A stretch of DNA of 64,000 nucleotides from Candidatus Cloacimonadales bacterium. GTDB lineage: Bacteria; Cloacimonadota; Cloacimonadia; Cloacimonadales; JAFGVF01. Under the pieces are notes generated by a model. That model did no database searches and was not told where the DNA came from. It worked only from the letters and a program-made list of their open reading frames with translations. Positions 31,584 to 42,030 of the stretch are shown here, in pieces. The stretch covers positions 3,072,001-3,136,000 of the forward strand of contig OY759729.1 in NCBI GenBank assembly GCA_963662585.1, in the 5' to 3' direction. The number at the start of each line of letters is the position of its first letter. The first letter of the stretch is position 1. The position numbers and the translations under genes were made by a program.

Positions 31584-32978
31584 TTATTTTATGTCAAACA
31601 CATCCTTATCCAAGTAAAATTGATAATAACCATTAACAAAAGGGATTTGTTCATCAGATAGTGTGAAATTAATAGACCAACTAGAAATGACTTCATCAAG
31701 TAAATTATCAGTTAACTTAATCTCTTGGTCAGAGCAATTGAGGGAATAGCGTCCATTTTCTCTTTCATTAAAGGAATTATCTTTAAAATCAAAGTTAATA
31801 TTTCCCTTACACTTAAATTGCAACATTTCTTTAGAAACTGAAACATTAAGGTTTTCATTATTATAAATATTCCTGAAATCATCTTCATCCACAGAGAAAA
31901 AGACAGTTCTAAAGCTATTATCTTTCACATAATCATCAATAAGGTCTTTTGTTAACCAATTTAACTCAGTAATTTCTGAAAAATTTCCTGTTGAATTGCT
32001 ATACTTTTTGTAAAGGGCAAGGTACTCTTGAGGAGTGTAATGATCAAGCATTACCCTAGTAAGAAGTCCAGCCACAGGATAGCTTAGCGAAGGATGTTCA
32101 GCTCGAAAGCTTTCTACATCATTGTAGTCAGAATAATTAACCATTCCTGTATCAATTAAGAACTTTCCGGCCTCCATAAGAGCTTGAGTTGAGTGTCCAC
32201 CCCGACCACCAATAGCTACTGCTAAGCCTTCTTGAAGAAAAGTATGGGTATAAAGTTCGTTACTTTTAAGATAGTAGTTAATTAGGAAATGAGTAACTTC
32301 ATGAAAGTGGGCTGGATAGGTTGAGACTATATATTCTTGATTTAAGAGAAAAATACCACGGGTTTTATAGGAAGTTAAGTCTTCAATAGTATCTAAATCA
32401 GGACAATAGAAGTAGTCTAATTTCTTTACTCTAAGGGAGTCTAACTCATGATTTCCTTGAGGAAAATAAGTAAAGAAGGATTCTATTCTTTTATCTAAAA
32501 TTTGCATTGCTTCTTGTGGTATTGGCCAATCTTGAGGAAAATGAAAGGTCAGATACTCTGAATCCAATTGCTCCCAGGAGCGGGTGAAGTAATCAACACG
32601 ACTAAACACCTTATTTTCTAATATATAAAATTCATATCCTCTTTGACCATTAACTTCTGTATAATTATGATAATATGAATCTTCAACTTTAACTAAAGGG
32701 TGACTAACTTTTAGCTGAGGATTCTCTTGTGAATAGTCTTTTAAAGCTATATTGCCGATAAGAAATTTATTATAAGGGATATTGTAGGAGATGCTGTGTT
32801 TGTTAGAATTATGATCCCTAGTAGCTGCTAGAAAATCAGTGATTGAATCTGGCTTATCCCACACTTGAGCTGATATATTTAAAGTATTACTATTCCTCTC
32901 TGAAGCTATTGCCTCTAAGCAAAATAGAATCGTACACAAGATAAATATAGATGCAATAAAACGCTTTAGCATAGTCAC
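31584..32978 (-). CDS. Secreted protein with gluzincin-like HExxH motif
   Basis: Signal peptide; HEVTH followed by LQEGLA. Confidence 0.6.
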   Translation of the reverse strand: MTMLKRFIASIFILCTILFCLEAIASERNSNTLNISAQVWDKPDSITDFLAATRDHNSNKHSISYNIPYNKFLIGNIALKDYSQENPQLKVSHPLVKVEDSYYHNYTEVNGQRGYEFYILENKVFSRVDYFTRSWEQLDSEYLTFHFPQDWPIPQEAMQILDKRIESFFTYFPQGNHELDSLRVKKLDYFYCPDLDTIEDLTSYKTRGIFLLNQEYIVSTYPAHFHEVTHFLINYYLKSNELYTHTFLQEGLAVAIGGRGGHSTQALMEAGKFLIDTGMVNYSDYNDVESFRAEHPSLSYPVAGLLTRVMLDHYTPQEYLALYKKYSNSTGNFSEITELNWLTKDLIDDYVKDNSFRTVFFSVDEDDFRNIYNNENLNVSVSKEMLQFKCKGNINFDFKDNSFNERENGRYSLNCSDQEIKLTDNLLDEVISSWSINFTLSDEQIPFVNGYYQFYLDKDVFDIK

Positions 32979-33057
32979 TCCTTTACTTGAGAAGGGCTAA
33001 TTTAGAGGCGAAAATCTTTCGCCCCTACAATAGACAGTTCATATTTGTGAATACCTT

Positions 33058-33468
33058 TTAGTATTTTTTCTTTTTTGATTTATCCTTTACTACATGATTT
33101 GGAATACTAAAATAACTTGCATCAAAGCGATCACTTCCTACCCACAAATCAATTTTTGTCCCATTAAGAGTCCTACTTATATCTGCATGTTTTATTTGCC
33201 AGCCTATAATATTAAGTCGGGCAGTTCCTAGCATATCTGAGCCCCCCATAGTTCCATAATATTCGGCAAATTCAGGGCGAGTTCCTGAGTTCAAAGCTCT
33301 ATTAATATCTTCAAGTTCGCTATCAGTGCGAACAGTATTATCAACAACAGACAAGTGCATTCCATCATCTTCTTGATGGAGACTAATCACCATCCGGGCA
33401 GGTTTTGATTCCAAAATATAATTTGATATTTCTCCGATTATATGGAGCAAGTATTCTTTACTTTGCAT
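33058..33468 (-). CDS. Hypothetical protein downstream of the DUF1576 gene
   Basis: AAGGAG RBS; 15 nt after the upstream gene. Confidence 0.7.
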   Translation of the reverse strand: MQSKEYLLHIIGEISNYILESKPARMVISLHQEDDGMHLSVVDNTVRTDSELEDINRALNSGTRPEFAEYYGTMGGSDMLGTARLNIIGWQIKHADISRTLNGTKIDLWVGSDRFDASYFSIPNHVVKDKSKKKKY

Positions 33469-33483
33469 GTTAAAACTCCTTAT

Positions 33484-34728
33484 CTATTTTTTAATTCCTT
33501 TAAACCACTGAATTAGGGCTAAGAATAGGGTAGCTGTTAAACCACCTGCAAATCCATTATTATACAAATCTAGTCCACCATGCCAGGCAGCAGTTCTTTC
33601 CACTAGGGATAAATGAACAAAGCCTGCAGCTATTCCTATCAAAGGTCCAAATTCTCCACTTAGTGGAGCAATAGTACTTACAAAAAGAAATGCCAATACA
33701 GGACCTGGTGCACTCAAAGACTTTCCAAACAGAAGGGTTGCTATAATAACACCTAAGGCACCTGGCCAACAGTTTTTTAAGTGCTTACCAAAGGTCGCAA
33801 AACCGATAACAGTAAAGAGACCACCAATAACAGGACCGTTGAAGGGAGCTTTGATTAGAAAAATATATAAGCTACCAATTAATCCTAACAATCCTGCATT
33901 AACAAAGGCTGAACCTGGTGAAACAGAGTGCATGAAATCAGTCGGAAGTCTGCCTGAAAGTTTCATAATACTTAAGAGATTTTTACCCAACTTAGGACCA
34001 TCCATAATACTACCCCAGATTATTAACAAGAAGGATATTGATGGTGCTAAGAGGATCAGACCTAGATGTGCTTGAGTGTTCCAGATAATTTTTATCCCAA
34101 TTTCTCTTTGAGCACCTACTATAAAAGAGGCAAAAAATAGAGCTAAAAAACCACAGGTAAGTCCCATATTATAGATATTAAATCCTTCATGCATGCGTAA
34201 CATTGCCATACCTAAACTAGGGAGAATAAATCCAGCTACTACACCCCCGATAAGCCCAAAAATTAGACCATATATACCAGAGAAACCAGCTTCAAAAGTT
34301 AGATAGCTTACCAATGGTCCTAAAGCAGTCCCAAAAAGAGCAAAGAGAATATAGCTACTGAAAGATTTCCCTCCTACCTTGCTGGCAACATATACTCCGA
34401 GTACAATTGGGAGAGTGTTTAAAGGAGTCTTACCAAAAAGACTAAAACCAACGATAGTAAAAAAAGCTGCAATAGTGGGACCTGAAAGACTAATATCACA
34501 TAACCTGATTAGTAGCAAAGAAAGTAGTCCCATAAATCCTGCATTAACAAGGGCACCACCCACTCCACCGACAACAGTAAAATCATTTATAAGTCTTGCA
34601 GCGTGAGTTTGCAACTTTAAAAAGCCTTGTAAACTAGGAATAAGTCCGTCGCTAAAAATACCAAGTAGCATTATTCCTAAGGCACAAATTATCATGAGCC
34701 AGTAACTTTTTCTTTCATAATAGAGCAT
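33484..34728 (-). CDS. DUF1576-like membrane protein
   Basis: Internally duplicated TM halves with GFSLFGK / GFATFGK and YNMGLT / LYNNGFAGG. Confidence 0.85.
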   Translation of the reverse strand: MLYYERKSYWLMIICALGIMLLGIFSDGLIPSLQGFLKLQTHAARLINDFTVVGGVGGALVNAGFMGLLSLLLIRLCDISLSGPTIAAFFTIVGFSLFGKTPLNTLPIVLGVYVASKVGGKSFSSYILFALFGTALGPLVSYLTFEAGFSGIYGLIFGLIGGVVAGFILPSLGMAMLRMHEGFNIYNMGLTCGFLALFFASFIVGAQREIGIKIIWNTQAHLGLILLAPSISFLLIIWGSIMDGPKLGKNLLSIMKLSGRLPTDFMHSVSPGSAFVNAGLLGLIGSLYIFLIKAPFNGPVIGGLFTVIGFATFGKHLKNCWPGALGVIIATLLFGKSLSAPGPVLAFLFVSTIAPLSGEFGPLIGIAAGFVHLSLVERTAAWHGGLDLYNNGFAGGLTATLFLALIQWFKGIKK

Positions 34729-35135
34729 TAAATATATTCATCCTTTTTTGTGGTTTCTTTAACTTTATTTATCCTAAAAAAAGATTTGATTATCTGCAAT
34801 TAGTGTCAAGATATTTTGATTTATTGCTGAGATATAACCCAGAGGATATTGCTCAAATATCAGGCCACTGTTACCAACTACTTATCTTTAAAGAAATTAA
34901 TTCTTGATAAAAAAAACTGCGAAGGGCGATATTATAGCTTATTTATTTTCCTTCTTATCCATAAAATATTTGATAGAAAATCAATAATCCATCACACTTT
35001 TTTATCACTAGACCTGAACAAGAGATTCTTTTTTATTGACAGCAATATATGTATTGATGATGTTTAAAACTGGTAAGGCAGTAGATACTGCATCATCTTG
35101 GATAAATTATGTTAGTATTTAAATAAGGAATTAAA

Positions 35136-36122
35136 ATGGAAGAAATTCAAAAGTCCTTAAATAGGGATGTAATGCTGTCTAATCGTATCTCTAGAGCACA
35201 AGGATGCCTACTAGGCCAACTTGCAGGTGATGCACTGGGAAGTTTGGTAGAGTTTCAGTCCCCGAGTGAAATTAGACAATCTTATCCTCATGGTGTTAGA
35301 AAGATGATTGATGGCGGAACATGGGATACTATTGCAGGTCAGCCAACAGATGATTCTGAGTTGGCATTACTTCTGGCAAGGATGCTGGTTAAAGCAGGAA
35401 CATATAATCCAGCAGAGGCATTAAAGCAATATCAATACTGGTTAAATACAGAGCCATTTGATTGTGGAATGACCACTTCAGCAGGCTTATGTGGCAATCC
35501 TAATCCCTACAGTCAAGCTAATGGTGCTCTGATGAGAATTTCTCCACTGGGAATTTTCGGGACTAGATTTAAACTAAGTCAGGTAGGAGAATGGGCTAGG
35601 CAAGATGCATTACTAACTCATCCAAACCAGATTTGCCAACAAACTAATATGCTGTTTACCATGGGTATTGCTCATGCAATTAACTCTGGATGTAGCAGAA
35701 ATGAATTATATCAGTCCATCAGGCAATGGGCAATAGATTTTTCTCTTGAGTCAACATTACTTGATGTCATCTCCCAAGCAGCCAAGGAGCGACCAGCAGA
35801 TTATGTCTATCAGCAGGGTTGGGTATTGATTGCTTTTCAAAATGCTTTATTTCAGCTTGTCCATGCTCCGAATCTTGAAGAAGGTGTAGTTGATACCATT
35901 ATGCAGGGTGGCGATACAGATACTAATGCTGCCATTTGTGGAGCATTGTTAGGTTCTGTATATGGTAAGGAGGCTATTCCCTCTCAATGGCTACACACTC
36001 TTCAAGTTTGTCGTCCACAGGCTGGACATCCACAAGTATATCATCCACGCCCTGAATGTTTTTGGCCAGTGGATGTATTGGATTTGGCTGAAATGTTGAT
36101 AAGAGGTATTACTTATGGATAA
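35136..36122 (+). CDS. ADP-ribosylglycohydrolase family protein
   Basis: GDALG, TDDSE, ANGALMR, THP, GGDTDTNAAI.GAL.G. Confidence 0.93.
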   Translation: MEEIQKSLNRDVMLSNRISRAQGCLLGQLAGDALGSLVEFQSPSEIRQSYPHGVRKMIDGGTWDTIAGQPTDDSELALLLARMLVKAGTYNPAEALKQYQYWLNTEPFDCGMTTSAGLCGNPNPYSQANGALMRISPLGIFGTRFKLSQVGEWARQDALLTHPNQICQQTNMLFTMGIAHAINSGCSRNELYQSIRQWAIDFSLESTLLDVISQAAKERPADYVYQQGWVLIAFQNALFQLVHAPNLEEGVVDTIMQGGDTDTNAAICGALLGSVYGKEAIPSQWLHTLQVCRPQAGHPQVYHPRPECFWPVDVLDLAEMLIRGITYG

Positions 36123-36614
36123 TAATAAAAACACTATTTCAGGTGTTTCAAATATTGATGAATTACATAATTACAGTAATTAGATAAAATACTCACTAGA
36201 CTGAACATTTATTGTAGTGAATGCTTGGTTTCTGTTAAGAATTACTATTTCATCTACTCAACTAGATTCTAGGCCATCCAGATTGAGACTTCGCCATCTA
36301 CAGCAGAGTTCTACTGCATAATCCCAGTTAAAAATGTGTTTACTGTCTTTCCATTTTATTAGTTTTATTCTACGCATGAGTGAAATGGTAATGCTATTGT
36401 ATTGAAATGCAAGATGAATTGTAGTCAAATAATATTGTAAATAATGAAAATTTCAATTTAATTCTTGACAAAACATTTAAGGAATCAATTACATTATTGT
36501 AAATTGATATTAATTATCTATAAATATTAATTAAAGGTCGTTTGATAGGAATATTTTATGATATTACTATAAACAAAGAGTATGAAATTAAAAGTATTTA
36601 GGAATGGAGGAAAA

Positions 36615-37997
36615 ATGGAAATTAGAGAACTCAAGCCAATTCTTAAAAGTTCTATTTTAGAATTAGAGAAAATATTTCCCTATGCTTCTGCTTTTGTAGG
36701 AGATTTAGATGGTCGAAATATTTATGCTGGCAAATTCGATAAAAGTGTAACCTTAGTTCAACCGGAAAAAGGTGTGACTTTCACAATTCATGATGGTGAG
36801 AAATTTATAGAGAGATCAATAGATAAAGTTGATGCAAATAGTTTAAAAGAAGTTGTTTCTGAGCTTATTGCCAATAATAAACCTGCTGATAAAATTATAA
36901 CCGAAATAGATCCTGGCGAAGAGATTGAGAAAGATTTCTTTATAGAAATGGAAAAGGATCCACAATCATTAGAGTTAAAAGATCTCTTAGCTACTGCTGA
37001 GGAATGGAAAGAGAAGCTCATACGCATTAGTGACAAGATAATTAATTGTGGTGTTACCATGGGATCTCAGCGGGTCAAAGAACTTTTTGTTAATCGTAAC
37101 AAAACACTATATCAAGAAATCAATCGGTGGAATAATGGTTTCTATGCTATTTTAAAAGATGGAGACCTGACAAATCAAGTTTGGGATATGAGAAGTAAGC
37201 TTGGTGGATACGAAATTCTTGATCTATCAGAAGAAAATATGAAAAAAGTAATTTCTGATGGCGAAAAGCTTTTAAATGCTGATAGAATCAAACCAGGTAC
37301 CTACGATTGTATTTTCTCCCCAGCTATGTCTGGAATGTTTGCTCATGAAGCTTTTGGGCACGGAACAGAAACTGATATGTATCTTAAAAATCGTGCTAAA
37401 GGTAAAGAGTATATGGGGAAGCAAGTTGCTGCTAAAATGGTTAATATGATTGATTCTCCAGCTTATCCTGGAGAAGCTGGTTCTTATTTCTTCGACAATG
37501 AAGGGCAATTAGCAGCAGATACACAAATCATTAAAGATGGTATCTTAGTATCAGGATTAACAGATATGAACTCAGCTATACAGCTAAAATATAAAAGAAC
37601 TCCAAATGGGAGGCGTCAAAACTATGCACACAAAACTTATGCTAGAATGACTAATACTTATTTTACCGAAGGTAATGATGAGTTTGAAGATATGATAAAG
37701 AGCATTGAGTATGGATTCTTAGTAGATTATCCTACAAATGGAATGGAAGATCCAAAAGGCTGGGGAATTCAATTAGAAGCTATTTATGCTAGAGAAATCA
37801 AAGATGGTAAACTTACAGATAACTATTTCACTCCCGTAATTGTAACAGGTTATGTTCCAGACCTTTTAAATTCAATCACTATGATTGGAAAAACCGTTAA
37901 AATGTTTGGTGGTGGTATGTGTGGAAAAGGTCATAAAGAGTGGGTCAAAGTTTCTGATGGTGGCCCATATATGAAGTTAAAAGCAAGGTTAGCCTAG
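36615..37997 (+). CDS. tldD: TldD metalloprotease subunit
   Basis: HEAFGH, RMTNT, C-terminal CGKG..GGP; ATG 36615 follows GGAGG. Confidence 0.9.
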   Translation: MEIRELKPILKSSILELEKIFPYASAFVGDLDGRNIYAGKFDKSVTLVQPEKGVTFTIHDGEKFIERSIDKVDANSLKEVVSELIANNKPADKIITEIDPGEEIEKDFFIEMEKDPQSLELKDLLATAEEWKEKLIRISDKIINCGVTMGSQRVKELFVNRNKTLYQEINRWNNGFYAILKDGDLTNQVWDMRSKLGGYEILDLSEENMKKVISDGEKLLNADRIKPGTYDCIFSPAMSGMFAHEAFGHGTETDMYLKNRAKGKEYMGKQVAAKMVNMIDSPAYPGEAGSYFFDNEGQLAADTQIIKDGILVSGLTDMNSAIQLKYKRTPNGRRQNYAHKTYARMTNTYFTEGNDEFEDMIKSIEYGFLVDYPTNGMEDPKGWGIQLEAIYAREIKDGKLTDNYFTPVIVTGYVPDLLNSITMIGKTVKMFGGGMCGKGHKEWVKVSDGGPYMKLKARLA

Positions 37998-38007
37998 GAG
38001 GTTAGTT

Positions 38008-39309
38008 ATGGATAATAGAATCATTGAAATTATTAAGAGTTTTTCGGAAGTTTCTGATTGGAGTATCAACAGGTCAGAGATTAGAAATAATGAAATATAT
38101 TTGATACAAGATAAAACTGAATCTGAAAGAATAGTTACATCAGATACATATAGTGTTGTTTTATATGTAGATAAAGAGATTAATGGTAAAATGATGCGTG
38201 GTATGGCATACCAAACTTTTTCTTCAGATTTAGGAGATATAGAAGTTAAAAAACTATTGAGTGATGCTGTTTTTGCCGCCTCTTTAGGTTTAAATCCACA
38301 TTATAATCTGGACAGTAAAGAAGATAATGACACTGAATATCTAGCCTGCGATATGGGCTTATATGATAACACTGAAAATGCTGTTACTGAAATTAAAGAA
38401 CAGATATTTACAGCAATTGAAAATGAAGAAGATGTTAAATTAGCTTCAGCTGAGGTCTTCATAACATGTTCATCATCAAGATTCATCACCTCTCGTGGTG
38501 TTGATTCGTTAAATAAAAAAACTAGAATTATGCTGGAAGTTGTTATGCTTGCTGGTGAAGGTGTAAATGAAGTCGAGAGTTCAGTGATTCGTAATGAGCG
38601 GTATCTAGATATTCTTGATATACCAAATTTACTAAAAGAATATGCAGCTCATGCTCGCAATAGCTTAGTAGCAGAATTACCAAATTCTGGGAAATATGAT
38701 GTTATCTTTACTGGTGAAGCTTTGGAAAATTTCTTTGACTACTACATTTCTCAATGCTTAGGAAGTTCAGCATACTATAAGAGTTCAAGATTTAAACTTG
38801 GTAAAGAAGTTGTATCAGATGTAAAAGGAGATAGGATTACTCTTACTTCAGATCCTTCTCTAAAGGGTGGATTAAGAACAGGGAAATATGATAGTTATGG
38901 TACTTTGTTAGAGAAATATGTAATAATTGAAGATGGAGTATTCAAGAATATATCAGCTAATATGCAATATGGGACATATCTAAATATTCCTGTTAAAGGT
39001 AATTGTACTAATACAATAGTCGCTAATGGCAATAGATCATTAGATGAGCTACTTACAGAAAATACATTTGTATTATCAAGATTCTCAACCTTCAGTCCAA
39101 ATGGAGTTACAGGAGCTTTTTCAGGAGAAATCAGAAGCGGCTATAAACTTGTTAATGGTAAAAAGCACCAAGTAAAAGGTGGATCTGTGACTGGACTTAT
39201 GGATAGTGCAATGAAAGAAGTATATTTCTCTAAAGAGATGGTTCAATTTGGAAACTACTACGGTCCTAAATACATTAAAGTATGTAGATTAGATATAGCA
39301 GGAAACTAA
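38008..39309 (+). CDS. pmbA: PmbA/TldE family protein
   Basis: Directly follows tldD; lacks HExxxH; TGAFSGE motif. Confidence 0.8.
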   Translation: MDNRIIEIIKSFSEVSDWSINRSEIRNNEIYLIQDKTESERIVTSDTYSVVLYVDKEINGKMMRGMAYQTFSSDLGDIEVKKLLSDAVFAASLGLNPHYNLDSKEDNDTEYLACDMGLYDNTENAVTEIKEQIFTAIENEEDVKLASAEVFITCSSSRFITSRGVDSLNKKTRIMLEVVMLAGEGVNEVESSVIRNERYLDILDIPNLLKEYAAHARNSLVAELPNSGKYDVIFTGEALENFFDYYISQCLGSSAYYKSSRFKLGKEVVSDVKGDRITLTSDPSLKGGLRTGKYDSYGTLLEKYVIIEDGVFKNISANMQYGTYLNIPVKGNCTNTIVANGNRSLDELLTENTFVLSRFSTFSPNGVTGAFSGEIRSGYKLVNGKKHQVKGGSVTGLMDSAMKEVYFSKEMVQFGNYYGPKYIKVCRLDIAGN

Positions 39310-40069
39310 TCATAGAAAGATTTAGTAGATAGATAAGGGGTTTCATAAAGTTATTTTTGAAACCCATTTTACTATCTCGGAGGACTATATATACCTATAT
39401 ATTTTTTAACGAGTAATGAATCATTTTTAGTATATTTTATTTTAGTATTTATTATTAAAAATATTATAACTATTAGAATTGTAAAGACATTAATCAATGT
39501 AGATGAATAACTTAAAGGTCTATTTTTTAACTTATTTAAAAAACTAGATAAAGGAGGAAGTGCATGAGTAGTCCTTGGAGTAATAAAACGATGTGTGAAC
39601 TATCACTTAAAAATATGGACAAGAGCTTTTTACCAAAAACTTCGCAACAAACAGAGTTTATTATTAAAGAGATGTCGTTAAGTGATTCAAGTAAGATATT
39701 AGATTTAGGTTGTGGGGCTGGTAGGCATGCTATATCTTTAGCTAGAGAAGGTCTTAATGTAATAGGCATAGATATTTCTGAGCACATGCTATTAGAAGCA
39801 AAAAACCGTACTGAAGAGTCTGGAGTTAAAGTAAATTTTATTCAATCAGATTTAGCAGACATAGATAAACTGAACTTAGAAAAAAATAGTTTTGATGGAG
39901 CTATCTGTCTTAATGAAGCTGGTATTGGTGTTTTGGGCAGTCTTGAAAAAGAAGTGAATTTCTTTAAAGAGATTTATAGCTTGTTAAAAGCTGATTCAAA
40001 ACTTGTAATTTCTTGCTTTAATGGCTTAAGAAGATATCTTAATTCGAAAGATGAAAACCCTAAATTTAA

Positions 40070-41722
40070 CTAATCTTTCCGACACCTAAGTTATTGCAAA
40101 TAAACTACTAATTTGCACATCATAGCGACTCATATGTCTTTTTATCAGTTAATTATGCAATTCTGCCATTATACCGAATATCTACCTCTGTGATTTTATC
40201 TATAATTTCTTCATTTTCAAAGAATTTTCTTATCATGATATCAACATCCTTTCTTAACTCAGTTAAATTTGTGTATCCATAAGCTATTGAATAATCGATG
40301 AAGTCTTTTACTTTTTGAGTAAAAATCGTATTAATAAATATGATTAATGATGCATCTTCAAGCTCTTCATAAAATTCAATTAATAACTGTTCCATAGAAG
40401 GATATGGTTTTTGCTGTTTTTTGTAACATAGTATGTTATAAAAAACATACCTAATAGTCAAATCAGCTATCATAGCAGAGTATTTTGAAGAATGGCTCTG
40501 ATTATATCCAAAATATTGTTTAATCTCTTTAAATACACATTCTATTGACCATCTTCTCATATAAATTTTTAAAACTTCTATTTCTGAAAGTTGTAAATCA
40601 GTTGCTAAAATAGCCTTCCATCTTTTAACATTAGGGTACTTAAAAAAGCATATTTTAATCTTTTCTATTACTTTTCTTTCATTTATTTTTCTTGAACTTG
40701 AAGTATCTAATAATTCAACAATAACAGATTTATATTTTATTCCGGATTTCCTATCATAAAACCATTTACCAGCTATTTTGTTTAGGGTTTTCAAATCATA
40801 ATATTGACCTTTAAACTTATATTTCTGGGAACCATTTTTTAACATAGACACTAGTGTTATTCCAAGTGGTACAAGTCTTTTAAATACAAAGTTATAACTT
40901 GTGTTGTTATTGAACCAAGAATCCCATAATACATATTTAAAAGGTATTTTTCTCTGAATAGTGCGTTTTATCATTTTAATTACAATTTGAGTCTTCTTTT
41001 CTTTTGAGAAACGATTTCTTTGCTCAGTATGAGTGCCTTTGTGGTATCTGGGTCTTTTTGACTTTTTGACTTTTTTCTTTCCAATTTTTAATTCAAAATC
41101 TAATACAATAGCTGATAACCCATTACTCCACACTTCAGTTATGTTTTGAAACCCTTTGAAGTATTTTGATAAACAGTGATCATGAAACCAACTGATATAT
41201 TCTGTCTTTTTCCCTGTTTTTACTTTCGATGTATCATCAAAAATTATACAATTATCATTTTCACAGGAAGTATCACTTAGCTTAATAAACCTTAAAGCAA
41301 CTTTATATAATAGATTTCTCCATTTATAATTAGAGTTGTTTAGCATATCATTAATGGGTGTTTTAAATTTTGATATATTATTGAATTTTAGACCAAAATA
41401 TAAGGATTTTTTATTCTCAAGAATCATGAACATAAAAAGAAGCATCAATTCAATGATGGTATGACCTTTTTGTTTTACTATACCAACTTGCTTCAAAATA
41501 CTTCCAAATTTAAATATTTCAAATAACTCTATTATTAATCCTGAATTCAAGCTTGACACTTTTACCTGTTTGTATTTTTTTAGCATATATACCTCGTTTT
41601 TTATAGTTTCGTTTATTTCCGTAAACAACTAAACTATAATCATATACGAGGTATTTTTGTCAATATCTATTTTTATCTATTTTATTGTTACACAACAACT
41701 TAATTCATGTCGGAAAGATTAG
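40070..41722 (-). mobile_element. Insertion sequence of 1653 bp, IS4-like DDE superfamily
   Basis: 15-bp perfect terminal inverted repeat CTAATCTTTCCGACA and 6-bp target duplication ATTTAA (40064-40069 / 41723-41728). Confidence 0.95.
40153..41586 (-). CDS. DDE transposase (IS4/IS701-like)
   Basis: IFDDTSKVKTG, VLWDSWF, Y.RRW.IE..FKE.KQ; ATG 41586 follows GAGGT. Confidence 0.9.
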   Translation of the reverse strand: MLKKYKQVKVSSLNSGLIIELFEIFKFGSILKQVGIVKQKGHTIIELMLLFMFMILENKKSLYFGLKFNNISKFKTPINDMLNNSNYKWRNLLYKVALRFIKLSDTSCENDNCIIFDDTSKVKTGKKTEYISWFHDHCLSKYFKGFQNITEVWSNGLSAIVLDFELKIGKKKVKKSKRPRYHKGTHTEQRNRFSKEKKTQIVIKMIKRTIQRKIPFKYVLWDSWFNNNTSYNFVFKRLVPLGITLVSMLKNGSQKYKFKGQYYDLKTLNKIAGKWFYDRKSGIKYKSVIVELLDTSSSRKINERKVIEKIKICFFKYPNVKRWKAILATDLQLSEIEVLKIYMRRWSIECVFKEIKQYFGYNQSHSSKYSAMIADLTIRYVFYNILCYKKQQKPYPSMEQLLIEFYEELEDASLIIFINTIFTQKVKDFIDYSIAYGYTNLTELRKDVDIMIRKFFENEEIIDKITEVDIRYNGRIA

Positions 41723-42030
41723 ATTTAACTTTATAAAAGGTGAATTTACTTGGAATGTAGAAGTCGCTGAAGGAGTTAATCTCAAAGAAGTTCAAAGAAT
41801 GTATATCCCTTCAGAGCTGAATATGTTGTTAGCTCTTGTAGGGTTCAGAGACATTAAAGTATATTCCTGCAACGATGGTCTTTTTACTACCAAAACTCTA
41901 GGCTTTGATGAGATTGAGATGCTTGTTATTGCCCATAAATAACGAAACATACAGGTAATAGAGCATATTTGTATTCCTTTAATGTTTTTATCTTTAGGGG
42001 TGGAAGATCTTTCACCCCTATGATAATTCT

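Larger units (their letters stand above)
39564..41942 (+). pseudogene. Class I SAM-dependent methyltransferase interrupted by an IS
   Basis: LDLGCGAGRH motif; removing the IS and one ATTTAA joins 39564-40069 to 41729-41942 in frame (239 aa). Confidence 0.92.

Noticed and set aside
36250..36380. Minus-strand frame NWDYAVELC..LNLDG resembling DUF1566
   Set aside because: The diagnostic WRLP motif is missing and the frame is only 39 codons.
41685..41942. 85-aa ORF as an independent gene
   Set aside because: It is the 3' part of the IS-split methyltransferase, with a start borrowed from the IS end.
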